DNA from: Geosiphon pyriformis uo1
Lineage: Eukaryota; Fungi; Glomeromycota
Direction of reading: 5' to 3'
NCBI GenBank assembly: GCA_016748015.1
Contig: JAAOMT010000777.1
Span: 252,347-316,346 of the forward strand
DNA length: 64,000 nucleotides
The position numbers and the translations under genes are program-made. The notes below the pieces were generated by a model that saw only the letters and a list, made by a program, of their open reading frames with translations, was not told the origin of the DNA and did not search any database. Of this stretch, positions 38,571 through 51,620 are shown one piece after another (within the stretch, counting starts at the first letter, position 1; each line of letters begins with the position of its first letter).

Positions 38571-39409
38571 GGCACAGTAAATATGGAATTCCAGGATTCC
38601 TCTCAAAAAAATTGCAAGATTCCAGAAATTTCAGAATTCTCTTACAAGGAATTGCAAGATTCCAGAATTTCAGAATTTCTCTCAAAGGAATTGCAGAATT
38701 CCAGAAATTCCAGGATTTTTGGTGTGAAGAATTGAGGAATTGAGGAATCTCAATTATGTATATATAGCAGTAGTGCTAAAAGTAAAAAGAGAGAATCTTT
38801 TAGTTAGAGACCTCTTAGTTTAGATTTGATCTAAACAACCTTCCACATCACAAATATCAATAAATAATTATTTACTATCTCAATCCACTCTCCACTATTA
38901 ACACTTTATGTTAATAGTCTTAAATATTTAAACTATGCTGGAACAATAGCTCTTGATCACAGCTATTGATGGGATACTAACATTTATTGCCTTGGCTTAT
39001 TTCTTTTATTTCCTTTCTTTATCTTTCTTTTTTTTGATTTTGTTGTATACTAATTGATTGAGGATTAAAGCACTAAATTATTAACATTATGGATAGCCTG
39101 GTAAAAGATCCAGAAATAAGGGTAAAAATATATATATTAACGGATAGCTTACCAGAAGGGCATGACTACCAGAATAAACTGGCCACTACGCTAAAGACAG
39201 AAATTGGAAAACAACTCACCAACCAAACACACTGTTATTGAATCTCTGTCTATTATACAAAGGACTCAACCCAAATCTTTAAACAATAACACTTTCAGAT
39301 AATAAAGACAACATATCAATACTACCAACATCATTTACCCTAATAGTTATTAAGCACCAAGTTATGGATTTGTTATTTGATTTAAGACTCCAAATAATCA
39401 TTTGTAACA
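38571..39409 (+). repeat. A1 3' LTR lacking its first ~56 bp
   Basis: Carries A1-specific segments (GAGAGAATCTTTTAGTTAGAGACC; CTCACCAACCAAACACAC) that are absent from the A2 LTR. Confidence 0.9.
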
Positions 39410-39413
39410 ACAT

Positions 39414-42400
39414 TGGCAATCACTTTGACACTGATCATCATGCTGTTTCTATTTTGGTAGGTCTGAGTGGTTTGCTGAACACTCAGTTGAACTCTCTTTA
39501 CAAGCAGACAAATAAAAATTGCTGGAAGTTTGATTTTAATGATGCTGATAATGCAAAGTGGGGTGAGTTTAAAGATGCTATGACAGCCAATACTACTGTG
39601 TTTTCTGATAATTTTACCACCACCAAGCATCTCTTGAACTTGAATGCAATGTGGAGTATGATTTGCAAAGTTATGTTACTTTCGGTTGATGAGATGATAT
39701 TCAGAAGAAAATGGTTTAAGAGCTTTGATGGTATTTTCATCAAGGAATCTTCTAGGTTTCATAAGCTCAAGCTTTTGGTTTCAAAGATCATTAAGGTCTT
39801 TTGTGAGGAGGATAGCAATAGATTTGCTTTTCTTATGAGATGTTGGGATTCTTTGAACAATGTTAAAACTTCAATTGTGCAGGAAATTGTGGTCTTTGGT
39901 GCAAGTTTTAATTATGTTTGCTTGGCTCTTTTCAGTATATAAAAAACATATCATGCCTCCAAGCTTGCTAAGTCTTTGCGAGCTGAAGAATCAAGAATAA
40001 GATTGGCTATTAATAGGCAGATGAAGAATTTTGCAGTCAACAAAGACTACACAATTAAGAGCATGCTAAAACATTCTTTTTAAAAAATGGTTTTGGACCA
40101 TCTGGTGGTTGGAGATGAACTGATTCTGGAACCTGATCTGGTTAAAGCCAAGATTGACATTGTTATAAAAGGCTGGACCAAAAAATGCAATGTGGTGAAG
40201 AATTTTTCTAATGATTGATCTCGTCAATATTAGTTATTAGAAAATGTTTTTAATAATGCTTTTTCAAATGTAATGTGCTCAGTTAGTTTTGATGAGCTAC
40301 TTGAGATGGTTTCTAATCTGTCTGATAACAAAACTGCTGGTCTTTCTGGGGTGTCAAATAAGCTTTGAAAGCATTGTGATGATTCAGTTTTATATATGTT
40401 TTTAGTGCTTTTGAACTCCTGTTTGTTTCATAAATTAGTGTCTAGTGCTTGGAAGGAAGCTTGGGTCTTGATGATTCCAAAACCATATAAGTGGGAAGGA
40501 GTTCTTACGAACACTCAACCTATTGCCTTGATTGAAACCACCTGCAAAATCCTATTCAAGATTCTCTTGGACAGGATTTCTTTGGCATGCAGCTTTTTTG
40601 ATGTCTTGTGCAGAGACAATTTCTCAGTTCTAAAGAGTACGACAACACAATCTCCCATTTTTGCCATTAGTTCAGTTATTGAGGATATCTTGGAAAAGAA
40701 CTGTGAACTTTGGCTGGTCTTGTAGAACATATGAAAGGCTTACGATTCTGTTAGTTGAGAATATCTTAAGAATAGTTTGGTTAGAATAAAGATGTGTAAC
40801 AAGTTCATTAGATTTTTTGGTAACATTCACAATGATCATGTTAACAGAGTGATAACAGATTTTGGTTTGACAAATGGATATCAAGTACATGATAGTCTGG
40901 ATCAGGAAAAAGTGTTTTTACTGCTTTTTTGGTGCATATTTTATGATCCTCTTTTGTGTAAAATCAAAAGACAGGAGAACATTTGTAAATATAGACTGAA
41001 CTGTTATTTTGTTACCAAGACTGGTCATTTGGAATCTCAAGCTGAATTAACATTTTTTCTCACTGCTGGTGCTTTTGTTGATGACACAATTTGGATTGGT
41101 AGCAGCCGAGCTGCAATTCAACACATTCTTGATGTTGCTAGCAAATTTTTTCAGATCAATGACATATTTATTAACAATGACAAGACAGTGGCAATTCCCA
41201 TTAATTGCAGAGTTACATGTCCCAATTTGTCTATCAGTGGTTCGTCTATATTCATTGCCAAGAGGGAAGAGTCTCATTGCTACCTGGGGATTTTTTTGTC
41301 AATTGAGGGTTTGTCAAAGCCTAGTTTGGTTAAGACCAATACTGATGTTAGATTTTTTGCCAATCTGGTTTTAAGAAAGACCATTTCTGATAAACAGTTT
41401 TTGTATCTAGTGTTGGCAGTTCTCCAACCCATTGTCAGCTACAGAACACAGTTCAGTTTTGTTCTTATCAGTATGTGTGATAAGTGGAACTCTCTGATTC
41501 ACAAAGGCTTAAAGCTAAAGTTCAGTTTATCTCTAGATTTTCCCAATGATGCACTTTATCATTCTTCATTATATAGTTTGAAGACTTTCAAGCAAGTTCA
41601 AGTTGAAAACAAGGTTGCTTCTATTGTGTGCTTTGCAAATTTTCTTGGGATTTTGGGTCAGTTGTTTTTGTACAGGTCTTATGACTTGCAGGTTCTGTTT
41701 TGGAGTCCATTCCACCTGTTGGTGTCCCCAGTACATATAAAAGTCAGTGCTTCTAATAATTTTTTGGTGGGTGTGGTTCATATTTTTCTTGGGTGTGGTC
41801 TGTTTCTGGATGGTCATGTGAACAATTTTTTCCATTTTCGTGATGGAACTTCTATGTCTTTTGTTCTTGGCAAGTTTGATTATTTTAAGTTTCTTCCATC
41901 TCTTCAGAGATATGATATTGCCTTTGTTGACCAACTCCATGGTAAAAATAGAGCTGTTTTTGAGTGGAAAACATTCAAACGTTGGAAAAAACTAGACTTA
42001 TATAACCCTATTCCTGAGTAGTTTAGACTCTTTGTTGACTTTCTTAATGGTGTTGCTTCTTTTCCTACCTGTTTTTCTTCTGTGGGTACTGCTGAGCCTT
42101 TGGATATTTTGAAATCTAGTAAGTTTGGTTTGATTTATAATCAGTTACTGGGTCTCAAGGCTGATAGCTTTTCTGTCTATACAGATGAATTTCTAAGAGA
42201 CTTGGGGAGTGTTAACATAAAAGCTGGTACAGCAGTCTTTTTCGAAAACATAAGCTTGGGTTTGGGGGTCAGGGTATTTGGTTTAATGTCTTCTACTTTG
42301 ACTAAGCTGCAGGCCATTGCATTAGCTGTTAAGTGTGTCTTTCTTAATAGCTCAGTTGGTGTCTTTACAGACAGTTAGGCTGTCTTGGATGCATGCAAAT

Positions 42401-43458
42401 CAGAATTGAGTCTGGTTTATTCAAACTTTTGGAATTGCTGTTGGGTTAAGTGTCAGCACATTGTAAACATTATCAGAAAAAAGAATTTGAGTGTTAACTG
42501 GCACAAGGTAAAAGGGCATTCAGATATCATGGGCAACAAATATGCTAATGTACTTGCTGATGTAGCATCTCTCTCTCCCTAGTGTCTTAGTCTTTATGTA
42601 AAAGAATGTCGTATTTTAGCTGGAGGTAATGTTGTTTCTAACAACTCCAGGCATTTTGTTTGTGGGGTCTTTCGATCTATTTTTCATGCATGCTGGGAAG
42701 TTGGTTCAGGTTCTAGGGTTTTAGATAATAGTTTGTGCTTAGACATTGGCTGGCTTAACTCATTGTTGGTGTAGCATCCAAACTTGCACATGACTGTTGG
42801 CTTTACCAGTAAATCTATGGCTGGCACTTGCACATATTTTATGAAAGCTTTATACCATTGACTGCCAGTTGTTGTTTGGAAGCAATTATATAACAGATGC
42901 TATCCAAGTGTGCTGTGTCTATACTGTGACAAAATTGAAGTTTCTGATTATGCTTTTTCTTGCATGGTTGATAATTCTGTTTGTTGTTGCCTGTTAGATG
43001 CTTATACTACTACTTGGGGTGCACTTTTTGGTCTTTCCATCTCATCTTCAAGTATTTTTCACTTACTGTCTTCCTGTACCTCAAATGTCATAGTTTGCAC
43101 AGCTTTTTGCAAGAGATTTGTTTTTAAAGAATGGCTTTGAAAAGCTATATCTGTCTTTGGAAGTGCAAAGTTAGCTGATCAGAAGATTGTTGAATTTGTC
43201 CATAACTTGTGTTTTGCTTTTAGAAACAAGATTTGGTTGGTCTATGCTAAGCATTAAGCCTGTATGAAGAAGAGTGGGATAATACCATAGGACAGTTCAG
43301 CTCTGGCTTTAGTTTCAGGGCTGTCTGCAGTACTTTCAATGGGTGTTGTTAGGTTACTGAATATTGCTAAGGCAATTGGTGTTGGTTTTGGATTTTGCAA
43401 GTCTTGTTTGTTTTTTTCAGGTATTGGGAACTTAGTTTCAGTACATATAGACATTTAG
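39414..43458 (+). pseudogene. LINE ORF2 remainder: end of APE, RT, RNase H, C-terminal zinc finger
   Basis: FDTDH; IPKP..QPIALIET; KAYDSV; AFVDDT; CYLGIF; RNase H VYTD, LQAI, FTDS, KVKGHS..GN; CLYC..E..D.AFSC. Confidence 0.92.
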
Positions 43459-43600
43459 TGTGGTCCTAATTGGTCCGAGTGGCTGGTTGCATGTAAAAAA
43501 TGCATGATTCACATCTAGTTTAGATCAGTTTATTTGATGTATTGTACTAGGTAGTGTTTGGACCTCACTTGTAAAATGAATAAAAAAATAATAATAATTA
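39414..43600 (+). mobile_element. LINE 3' segment with 3' UTR and A-rich tail
   Basis: Continuation of ORF2; stop at 43458; ends AATAAAAAAAATAATAAT. Confidence 0.9.
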
Positions 43601-44459
43601 ACAATATTTTTTTCTTTTTTTCTTTTTTTGGTAAAATAGTAATATTAAAAAATTAACTGTTTAAAAATAGACTTTATAATAGTCTGGTAAAAAAAAAAAG
43701 TTTTTTCTAAGTTTGAATATTAACTTTATTTAGTTAATTTACCAGAAAAATAAAAAAACAACACTAGATTCTAATAACTATACTTAATTAACTCAAAAAA
43801 ATAGCTTACATATACTTAATTACAAACAGTTTAATCATATTTTTGTGTCTTATAACCAAAAAACTTCATAAGTAAATTTACATATATTAGAAACCTTTAA
43901 AAATTGATCACACTAATTTATTACTTATAACAAACAAAAAAAACTTTTAAGCTCTTTACTTAAATATAGAGTACTAAATATTATTATCATATTCTATTAA
44001 GTTTACTTATAATAATAGTTTTAAGTTTAGTATAAATGTATAATTTAATCTTAATTGACTTAAGTAACCAGTTATATATAGTAAGCAAATAAGTTATATT
44101 TAGTTTGAACTACTTAGTTTGTTTTTGTATACTAGATAATAATTAAGTTATACTTAATAATAATAATAATAATAAATTAAACATATTTAGTTTTTTAAAG
44201 CTTTTAATATTATTTTTGCTTATTAATTAGTTTTAATAAAAAAAATAATTGTTTATAATATAAATAAATTAAATTAAATAATTTTTTTGGTTGTATTGTT
44301 TTTAAAATTAGTAATTTGTTTTATAAGATTTGTTTTATTTTTAGTTTTTTGATTTTAATAATTATTAAAAGTTTATTTTTGTTTATTAATTTAATATTTA
44401 TGTTAAAACTACTACTTTTTTATTGTTTTATATTAAACCTGTTGTTTTTTAGTATTATT

Positions 44460-46700
44460 TTTTTTTATTAAATATTTAACAAATATGGTTTATTCATTAT
44501 TTAAAAGTTAAGAACAAATTAAATATTCTAATACTAAATAAAGTTTACATATTTTTTACATATAATCAGCTATTTATATCAGTTTAAGCTATATTATATT
44601 AATATAATAAAAGAAAATTTACTCAAAAAAAACATCTTTTAAATTATTTTAAACAAAGTAATACTATAAGAAACCAATTTAATCAGCTATTTAGCTGTTT
44701 TTAAGAGATTAGTCTTAATTTTAACAGATTTATAAATCTAAAGTAATATTAAATTAGAAAATATCTTATTGTTAATAACAACTTAACTTACAGAATTACC
44801 AAATATGTTAACATTATTCATGGAACATTTTTTTTTAATAATATTATCTTTCTTTTTAACTTATTAACAACTTTGTTAAAAGTATTTAAATATATTACAA
44901 GCTTATTAATCTTAAAATTAAAAATATTGCTTAAAACAAAATTATTTTTAACAAATTGTTTAAACACAACTACCAGAAAACCAACAAATTCAACAATAAA
45001 TTTAACCAAAATAGTTAATTTGGCCAAATTAGAATCCAAAAAAACCAATTGAAAAAAAACCAGAGAATTATTAATAATTACAGAAGAAAAAACAAGTGCT
45101 GCCAAAAGAAAAAAATTAAAAGTATTTACAAGAATAAAAGTCTTGACATAAAACTTAATATTTATAAAATAGAGTACAAATATTTTATAATTCATAATAA
45201 GATAGTCTATTTTTTAAAACCTAAAACAGTATTAATAATTAGGGATTTTTTATTAAATATAACACTTTTTTAGTGTATTAGTTTTGACTACTATACTATT
45301 TAAATTAGCTTAAAATTTAAATATAATTAGAACAAACTAGAAATAATAATCAAAATTAAAAAAGCAAAAAATAAAACATGTCTGATTATTAATTTAAAAA
45401 ATCATATTATTAGTTTCAAAAACAATATAGCCAGAAAAAAGGTTAACCAACTTGGCTTTAAATCTATTATAAAACAAAATAATTTTATTTTGATTTATTA
45501 AAAAAAGAATTTTTATTTATCAATATTGATTAATAACTCAAAACAGATATAATAGTATTTAGTTCTTTAAAATAAACAACAATATATTGTTAAACACTAA
45601 CAGATTTCAGCATAATACAGGTAACCTTACTAAAATTACTAAGTGCTGTTTTAATATTAGCAACAAATATATTTAAAAACATATTACACAATACAACAAT
45701 AGCAGAAAAAGAACCAGTTTTAAAAATCACTAAAAATTTGGTAATTTTAAAAGTGGCCAGATAAACAGAGCTCATAAACTCAACCAAAAAAGCAGCTTTT
45801 AAAGACTTTTGAAAAACAAATTTTATACAGAAAAGCTTTATATTGTTTTTTAATACTGATTTTGCACCCAAAAAACCATGTACAGATTGAAAAACAGTTT
45901 TAATATAAGCCAATTTATTCTTAAAAGTTGTATTAAGCATTAGAGTAAAAACCACCTATTTAGCAAACTTTTAACAATTAATAATAGTTTTCAAATATTA
46001 TTAACAGCAATACTAAAAATCAGAAAAAGTAATAATAAATCAGTTTTTATTTGGTCAGCTTAGTTTTCAAGAACAGATAACTTAACAAAAAACTGTTGTT
46101 TTGTTTCTAAAACTGGTAAAAATTTACTAAAAAATATTACATTTGGCAATATAATTAGTATTTAATCTTGGTTTATTTTAGATAATATGTTAAATAATAC
46201 AATAGAAATTTTATTCAAAATCTTATTGAAATCACCAAAAAATTTGGTGTAATAATAGCAAAAGCAAGCAATTGCTCTTGCTTTTTAAAATCTTTGGTTT
46301 TTCTGGTCATTTTTAAAAAAATGATATTAGTAATATTAGGTATAACAGAAATAATTAGGAATATTAACTTATTAACTGGCCTACTATTAAAAACTTTTAA
46401 ATTCTTAGTAGAAATAAAAACAATATTAAGATTAACTTAAGTGTGTCTTTTTAAAAAAACTTTGACTAATAAAAAACCAGCCAAAAATGAAAAATGTGCT
46501 TTAATAATTATTAAAAACAGCTTATTATTATTATTATTTAAAAGAAAAACTTTTAAGATATTTTTCTTAACAGCTTTTATAACAAAAAAAACTTTTCTGG
46601 TTGAAACTTTATTAAATATTTTAAAAAAAATATTAGGCATAGTTTTTTTATTTTTTGCTTTAGTTGTGATCATAAAATTAAAAAGACAAATAGTTTTTTT
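44460..46700 (-). mobile_element. ORF1-only LINE derivative, copy 1 (heavily mutated)
   Basis: MITTKAKNKK start at 46673; VFQSVHGFLGAKSV; collinear with 47026-49320. Confidence 0.75.
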
Positions 46701-47025
46701 TAGTATTGTATATTATTAATAATATATTTATATTTAAATTAAATTTATTATATTAAATTATTAATATTATTTAATTAATAAAATAAAATAAATATCAAAT
46801 ATTTATTTATAATATTTAATATAGTATAATTTTAATATTTAAGTAGTTAATTATATATAAAAACATATAAACTAAATTTAATATTAATTAAATTACAAAT
46901 ATAATAATAATTTTATAAATATATATTATTAAATTAATTATATTTATGTATTTAAAAAAATTATGTATTTAAAAAACAATTAATAATAAAATAAATATTG
47001 TTTTATAGTAAATATAATTTATGTA

Positions 47026-49320
47026 TTTTTTTTTTAAGTTTAATGAACAAGATCTAATTACTAATTAGAAATTAGGAACAAACTAAGTACTTTAGGGCTA
47101 AAAGTGGTTCACACACTTTTTATATGTAACCAGCTATTCAAGCCAGTTTAGCTTATACTACATTAATATAATAAAAGAAAACTTATCCAAAGATAACATT
47201 TTTTGAACAATATTAAACAAAATAATACTATTAGAAACTAATTCAACCAGCTATTTAGCCGTTTTTAAGAAATCAGTTTTAATATAAACAGACTCATGGG
47301 CCCAAAAAAACATCAAGTTAAAAAATGTATTATTATCTATACCAATTAGATGTCTCAAATTATTAGATATATTAATATCTTCCATGCACTACTCTTTTTT
47401 TAAAGAGACTATTTCTCTTTCCAGCTTATTAATAGTCTTATTAAAAGAATTTATATGCATCAAAACCTTATTGATCTTAAGACCAAGAACACTATTTGAA
47501 ACCAAATTTCCATTAATGAACTGTTTAAAAGTTGTAATTAAAGAGCCAATAGGCTTAACAATAGACTTAACCAAAACAGAAAGCTTAGTTAAATCAGATT
47601 CCAAAAAAAACAATCAAAACAGTATCAAAGAATTACCAATAACAACTGAAAAAAAGACAAAAGATAACAGAAGTGGAAATCCAGAGGAGCTTAAAAGAGC
47701 AAAAGTCTTGACATAAGACTTGGGACCAATAAAGCATAATATAAATATCTTGGAAGACTTAGAAGGGAGAGGTGGAAAAACTTTACAGTCTGCAGCCAGA
47801 TGGCCTAACTCTTGACACTTAAAACAATGTTGACAACCAAGAATTTTTTACCAAATATAACATTTCTTTAATGTATTAGTTTTGACAACAGCAGAATTCA
47901 AATTAACTTAGAAACCAAATGTAACCAGAGCAAATTGGAAATAACAACCAGACTTAAAAAAACAAAGAATAAAACATGTCTAATTACCAACTTGAGAAAT
48001 CATATCACTAATTTTAAAAGCTGTGCAGCCAAAAGGAAGATTAATCAACTTGGTCTTAAATTTATTATAAAACAAAATAGTTTTATTCTGATTTACCAAG
48101 GAAAAAATCTTAATATTATTTTTGCTTACCAAAACTGACCAATGATTCAAAGCAGATACAGCAAAGTCCAACTTATTAAAATAAACAACCACATACTGCC
48201 AAATGCTAGCAGACTTCAACACAACATGAGTAATATTATTAAACACATTGAAAGCTATCTTAATATCAGCAGCAAACACATCCAAAGACATATTATACAG
48301 CACAACAGTAGTAGAAAAAGAACCAGACTCAGCAACCACCAGAGACTTGAAAATTTTGAAAGTGGTTAAATAAACAAAGCTTGTAAACTCAACTAAAAAT
48401 GCAGTTTCTAAGAATACTTGAGAAGCAAACTCCATACAAAAAAGCTTTACATTGTTCTTTAACACTGATTTTGCACTTAAAAAACCATATACAAACTGAA
48501 AAACAGTCTTAACATGAGCCAATTTGATCTTAAAAATAGTATTAGGCACTAGAGTAAAGGCCACCTACTTAGCAAATCTTTGATGACTAGCAATGGTTTC
48601 CCAAGCACTATCAGCAGCAGTACTAAAAACCAGAGAAAAAAATAATTTAGTTTCTATTTGATCAGTCCAGTTTTTAAGAATAGATAATACCACAAAAGAT
48701 AATTGTTTTGTTTCTAAAATCAGTAATAATCTGTTAGAAAATACTATATTTGACAACACAGCTAGTAGTTAATTTTGGTCTATTTTGAATGATGTATTAG
48801 ATAATGCTATAGAAATCTTATCTAAGATCTCGCTGAAAACCACAAAGAAGTTCAGTGTAACAATAGCAAAAGCAAGTAATTGCTTCCACTTTTTTGAATT
48901 TTTGGTTTTTTTGACCATTTTTTTTAGAAGAAGTGGTACTAGCAGCACTAAGTGTTAAAGCTATAGAAAAAAAAACCAGCTTGTTTACTAGTCTATTATT
49001 AAAAACTTTTGGGCTCTTAGTTAAAGTAAAGACAACACTGAGATTAACCCAAATGTGTTTCTTTGAGAGAACTTTAACTAGTGAAAAACCAGCCAAAGAT
49101 AAAAAAGTTGCTTTAGTAGTTATCAAAAGCAGTTTTTTATGATTACTAGATAAAAAAAAACCTCTAAAACATTTTGTCTAGTTGCTTCTACAATAGAAAA
49201 AGCTTTTCTGGTTGAAATTTTATTAAGTATCTTAAGAAAAATATTAGGTGCAGCTTTTTTACTCTTTGCTCTGGTTGTAGTTATAAAATTAAAGAGACAA
49301 AAAGTTTTTGTTTTTATTTA
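47026..49320 (-). mobile_element. ORF1-only LINE derivative, copy 2, with poly(A) tail
   Basis: ORF1-like protein (WSVLVSK, FKTKLINLP, CFKCQELGHLAADC); stop near 47158; short 3' UTR; A10 tail at 47026-47035; no ORF2. Confidence 0.8.
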
Positions 49321-49389
49321 TTGTATTTTTATATATACAATTAGTTACTAAATTAATTAAAACAATAATAATTGTAATATTATAAAAAA

Positions 49390-51620
49390 TAAAATAAAAA
49401 GCTTTTTTTTTTAATTTTATAATTATAATTAGAACAAAGAGTAAAAAAAGTTTTAAACATTATTTTTTTTATAATAACTAATAAAATTTTAACAAAAAAA
49501 AGTTTTTTTATTGTTAAAACAACTATACAAATATTTTAACAATATTTTTCTTAAATATTAATAGTAAAAAACTGTTTTTAATTGCTTATAAAGTATTTTT
49601 TTATCTTTAATTAAAAGTTTCTCTTTAGTTAAAGTTTCTTTTAAAAAATACATTTAAATTAATTCTAATGTTGTTTTTACTTCTTTTAAAAGTCTTTAAT
49701 TTTTTAATAATAGATTAATTAACAAGCTGGTTTTTTTTGTTTTTATTACTACTATTATTACTATTATTATTTTATAAATAACCAAAAAAACCAAAAACTT
49801 AAAAAAACAATAACAGTTGCTTGTGTTTGTTATTATTACACTAAATTTTTTTGTGGTTTTAAATAACTTAGAAAAAAATTTTCTAATAACAATTAGTTTT
49901 TTTTTTTAATATAGATAGTAATAATAATAACATATTTTTCAAGATAAATCAAAATTAATTACTGATTAAATTGCCAAATATAATATTTTTTAACAGATTT
50001 TTCCCAGTTTTAAAGTAAAACAACTTATTAAATTACTTAATTTTAAGAATTAGACCAATTAAATAGAAACAAAATCAATTTTTTTTTTAATATTATCTTT
50101 AATAATATTTAAAAAATAATTTTTAATTATTAAAAATTCTTTGAATAAATAGCTTTTTTATTATTATTTGGTTTTACTTTTAAGATTAAATTGGTTTTAG
50201 TTAATTTTTTGTTTTATTTTTGTCTGGTTTTGTTAAATTTAAATTTGTTTTAAAAAACAATATTAAGTTATTTTGTATAAATTTTGTTTTTAAGACTTTT
50301 TTGATTATAATTATTAAAATTTTTATTGATGATTCTTTTTTTTTGACTATACTTAAAATTGCAAAATATTTTGCAATAATTTTTGGCTTTTTTTAATTTT
50401 TATTGTATTTTATTGTATTTTATAATATTTTTTAAGTATGTTTTTAATAATATAAAAATGTTTTTGGTGTTTTTAGTGTTATTAATTTTATTAAGTTAAA
50501 GACTACTGACTTGTAACAATATATTATTGTTATTTTTAAGAACTTTTTTTTTGCTGTTGCTGTTCTTAATAACTGGTCTGTATTGATTAAAAAAAATAAT
50601 ATTCAATTTTTCTTATTTTTAATTAAAAAAAGATTATTATCTTAAAAAAGATATTTAAAACCAAATTAATTAACTTTTTTTTGGTTATACTGTCTTTAAA
50701 ATTAGTAATATAATTTTTTAAGTTGGTAGCCATATTTGTTTTATTTTTTATTTTCTTAATTTTTATTATTGTTAATGGTTTATTGTTATAATATTTGATT
50801 TTTATAAGTTTTTAAATCTTGTTGTAATTAAAACCAATATTTTATTTAAATATTATATCTAATAAAAAACTTCTGAATATTATTACTGCTACATATATTA
50901 AGTTTAAATTATTTGTCTGCTAATTACAAAGTGTTTTTATTTTTTATTTTTAAGTTATCTGTTAAGTTTTTTATTAGTTCTAAAACTTTTATATCTTTTA
51001 TAATTAGTAGAAAATTTTATACTAAAGTTTTTGTTTTTTTGACTTTTTTTTATGTTGTTTCTGTAATTACTTTTGTTGTTAATTTTAAATTTGATTTTAA
51101 GTTGATTTTTTTAAAATTTTAAATTAAAAGTTTGGCTAATTTGGTTAAATTTATTATTAAACTTATTAATTTTTTGATTATTTTAATTATTTTTTTGTTA
51201 TTTAAAGATATATACAAAAACTACAAAGTAAAAAAAAATTGTTTATTATGCTTAATATCTTTTAGAGTTTTACTCATTTTTTAATTGATATTTCTAAAAA
51301 TTTTACTAGTTTTAAAACTAAAATTAAGTTTAATAATATATATGAAAATAAATTTAATGTTATCAAAATACTTTCTTTGAATAAAAATAAATATAATTAT
51401 TTAATAAGTTTATTTTTAATAATTGAAATTTAAATGATATTATTAAAAAAATTAGTAAATTGAATTTACTTTTAGTCTTTTTTAATTCAATTTAGCTTAA
51501 CTTAAACTAAGATTTATGTTTGGTTACATATAAAAAATATATATTTTTATATTTAATTTGTTTTATTTAGTTTGATTTATAATATTAAATAATTAAACTA
51601 TATATTAAAAAAAATTAAAA
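49390..51620 (+). mobile_element. ORF1-only LINE derivative, copy 3 (very decayed, head-to-head with copy 2)
   Basis: Collinear traces (AGAACAAAGAGTAAAAAA; AACAAGCTGG; AACTGGTCTGTATTG; TGGTTACATATAAAAA in the 3' UTR). Confidence 0.65.

Larger units (their letters stand above)
7539..39409 (+). mobile_element. Ty3/Gypsy family A copy A1 (outer element of the nest) with four nested insertions
   Basis: TGTTACTCA...TGTAACA termini; 4-bp TSD ATAT (7535-7538)/ACAT (39410-39413). Excision restores the LINE ORF2 frame (VINIGNHFDTDH). Confidence 0.9.

Noticed and set aside
7539-39409. A1 and A2 as a tandem element sharing a middle LTR
   Set aside because: The middle LTR differs from the outer pair, has no PPT before it and interrupts an ORF, so nested insertion plus deletion fits better.
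43740-44150. MITE-like inverted repeat after the LINE tail
   Set aside because: Similarity is too weak for such AT-rich sequence.
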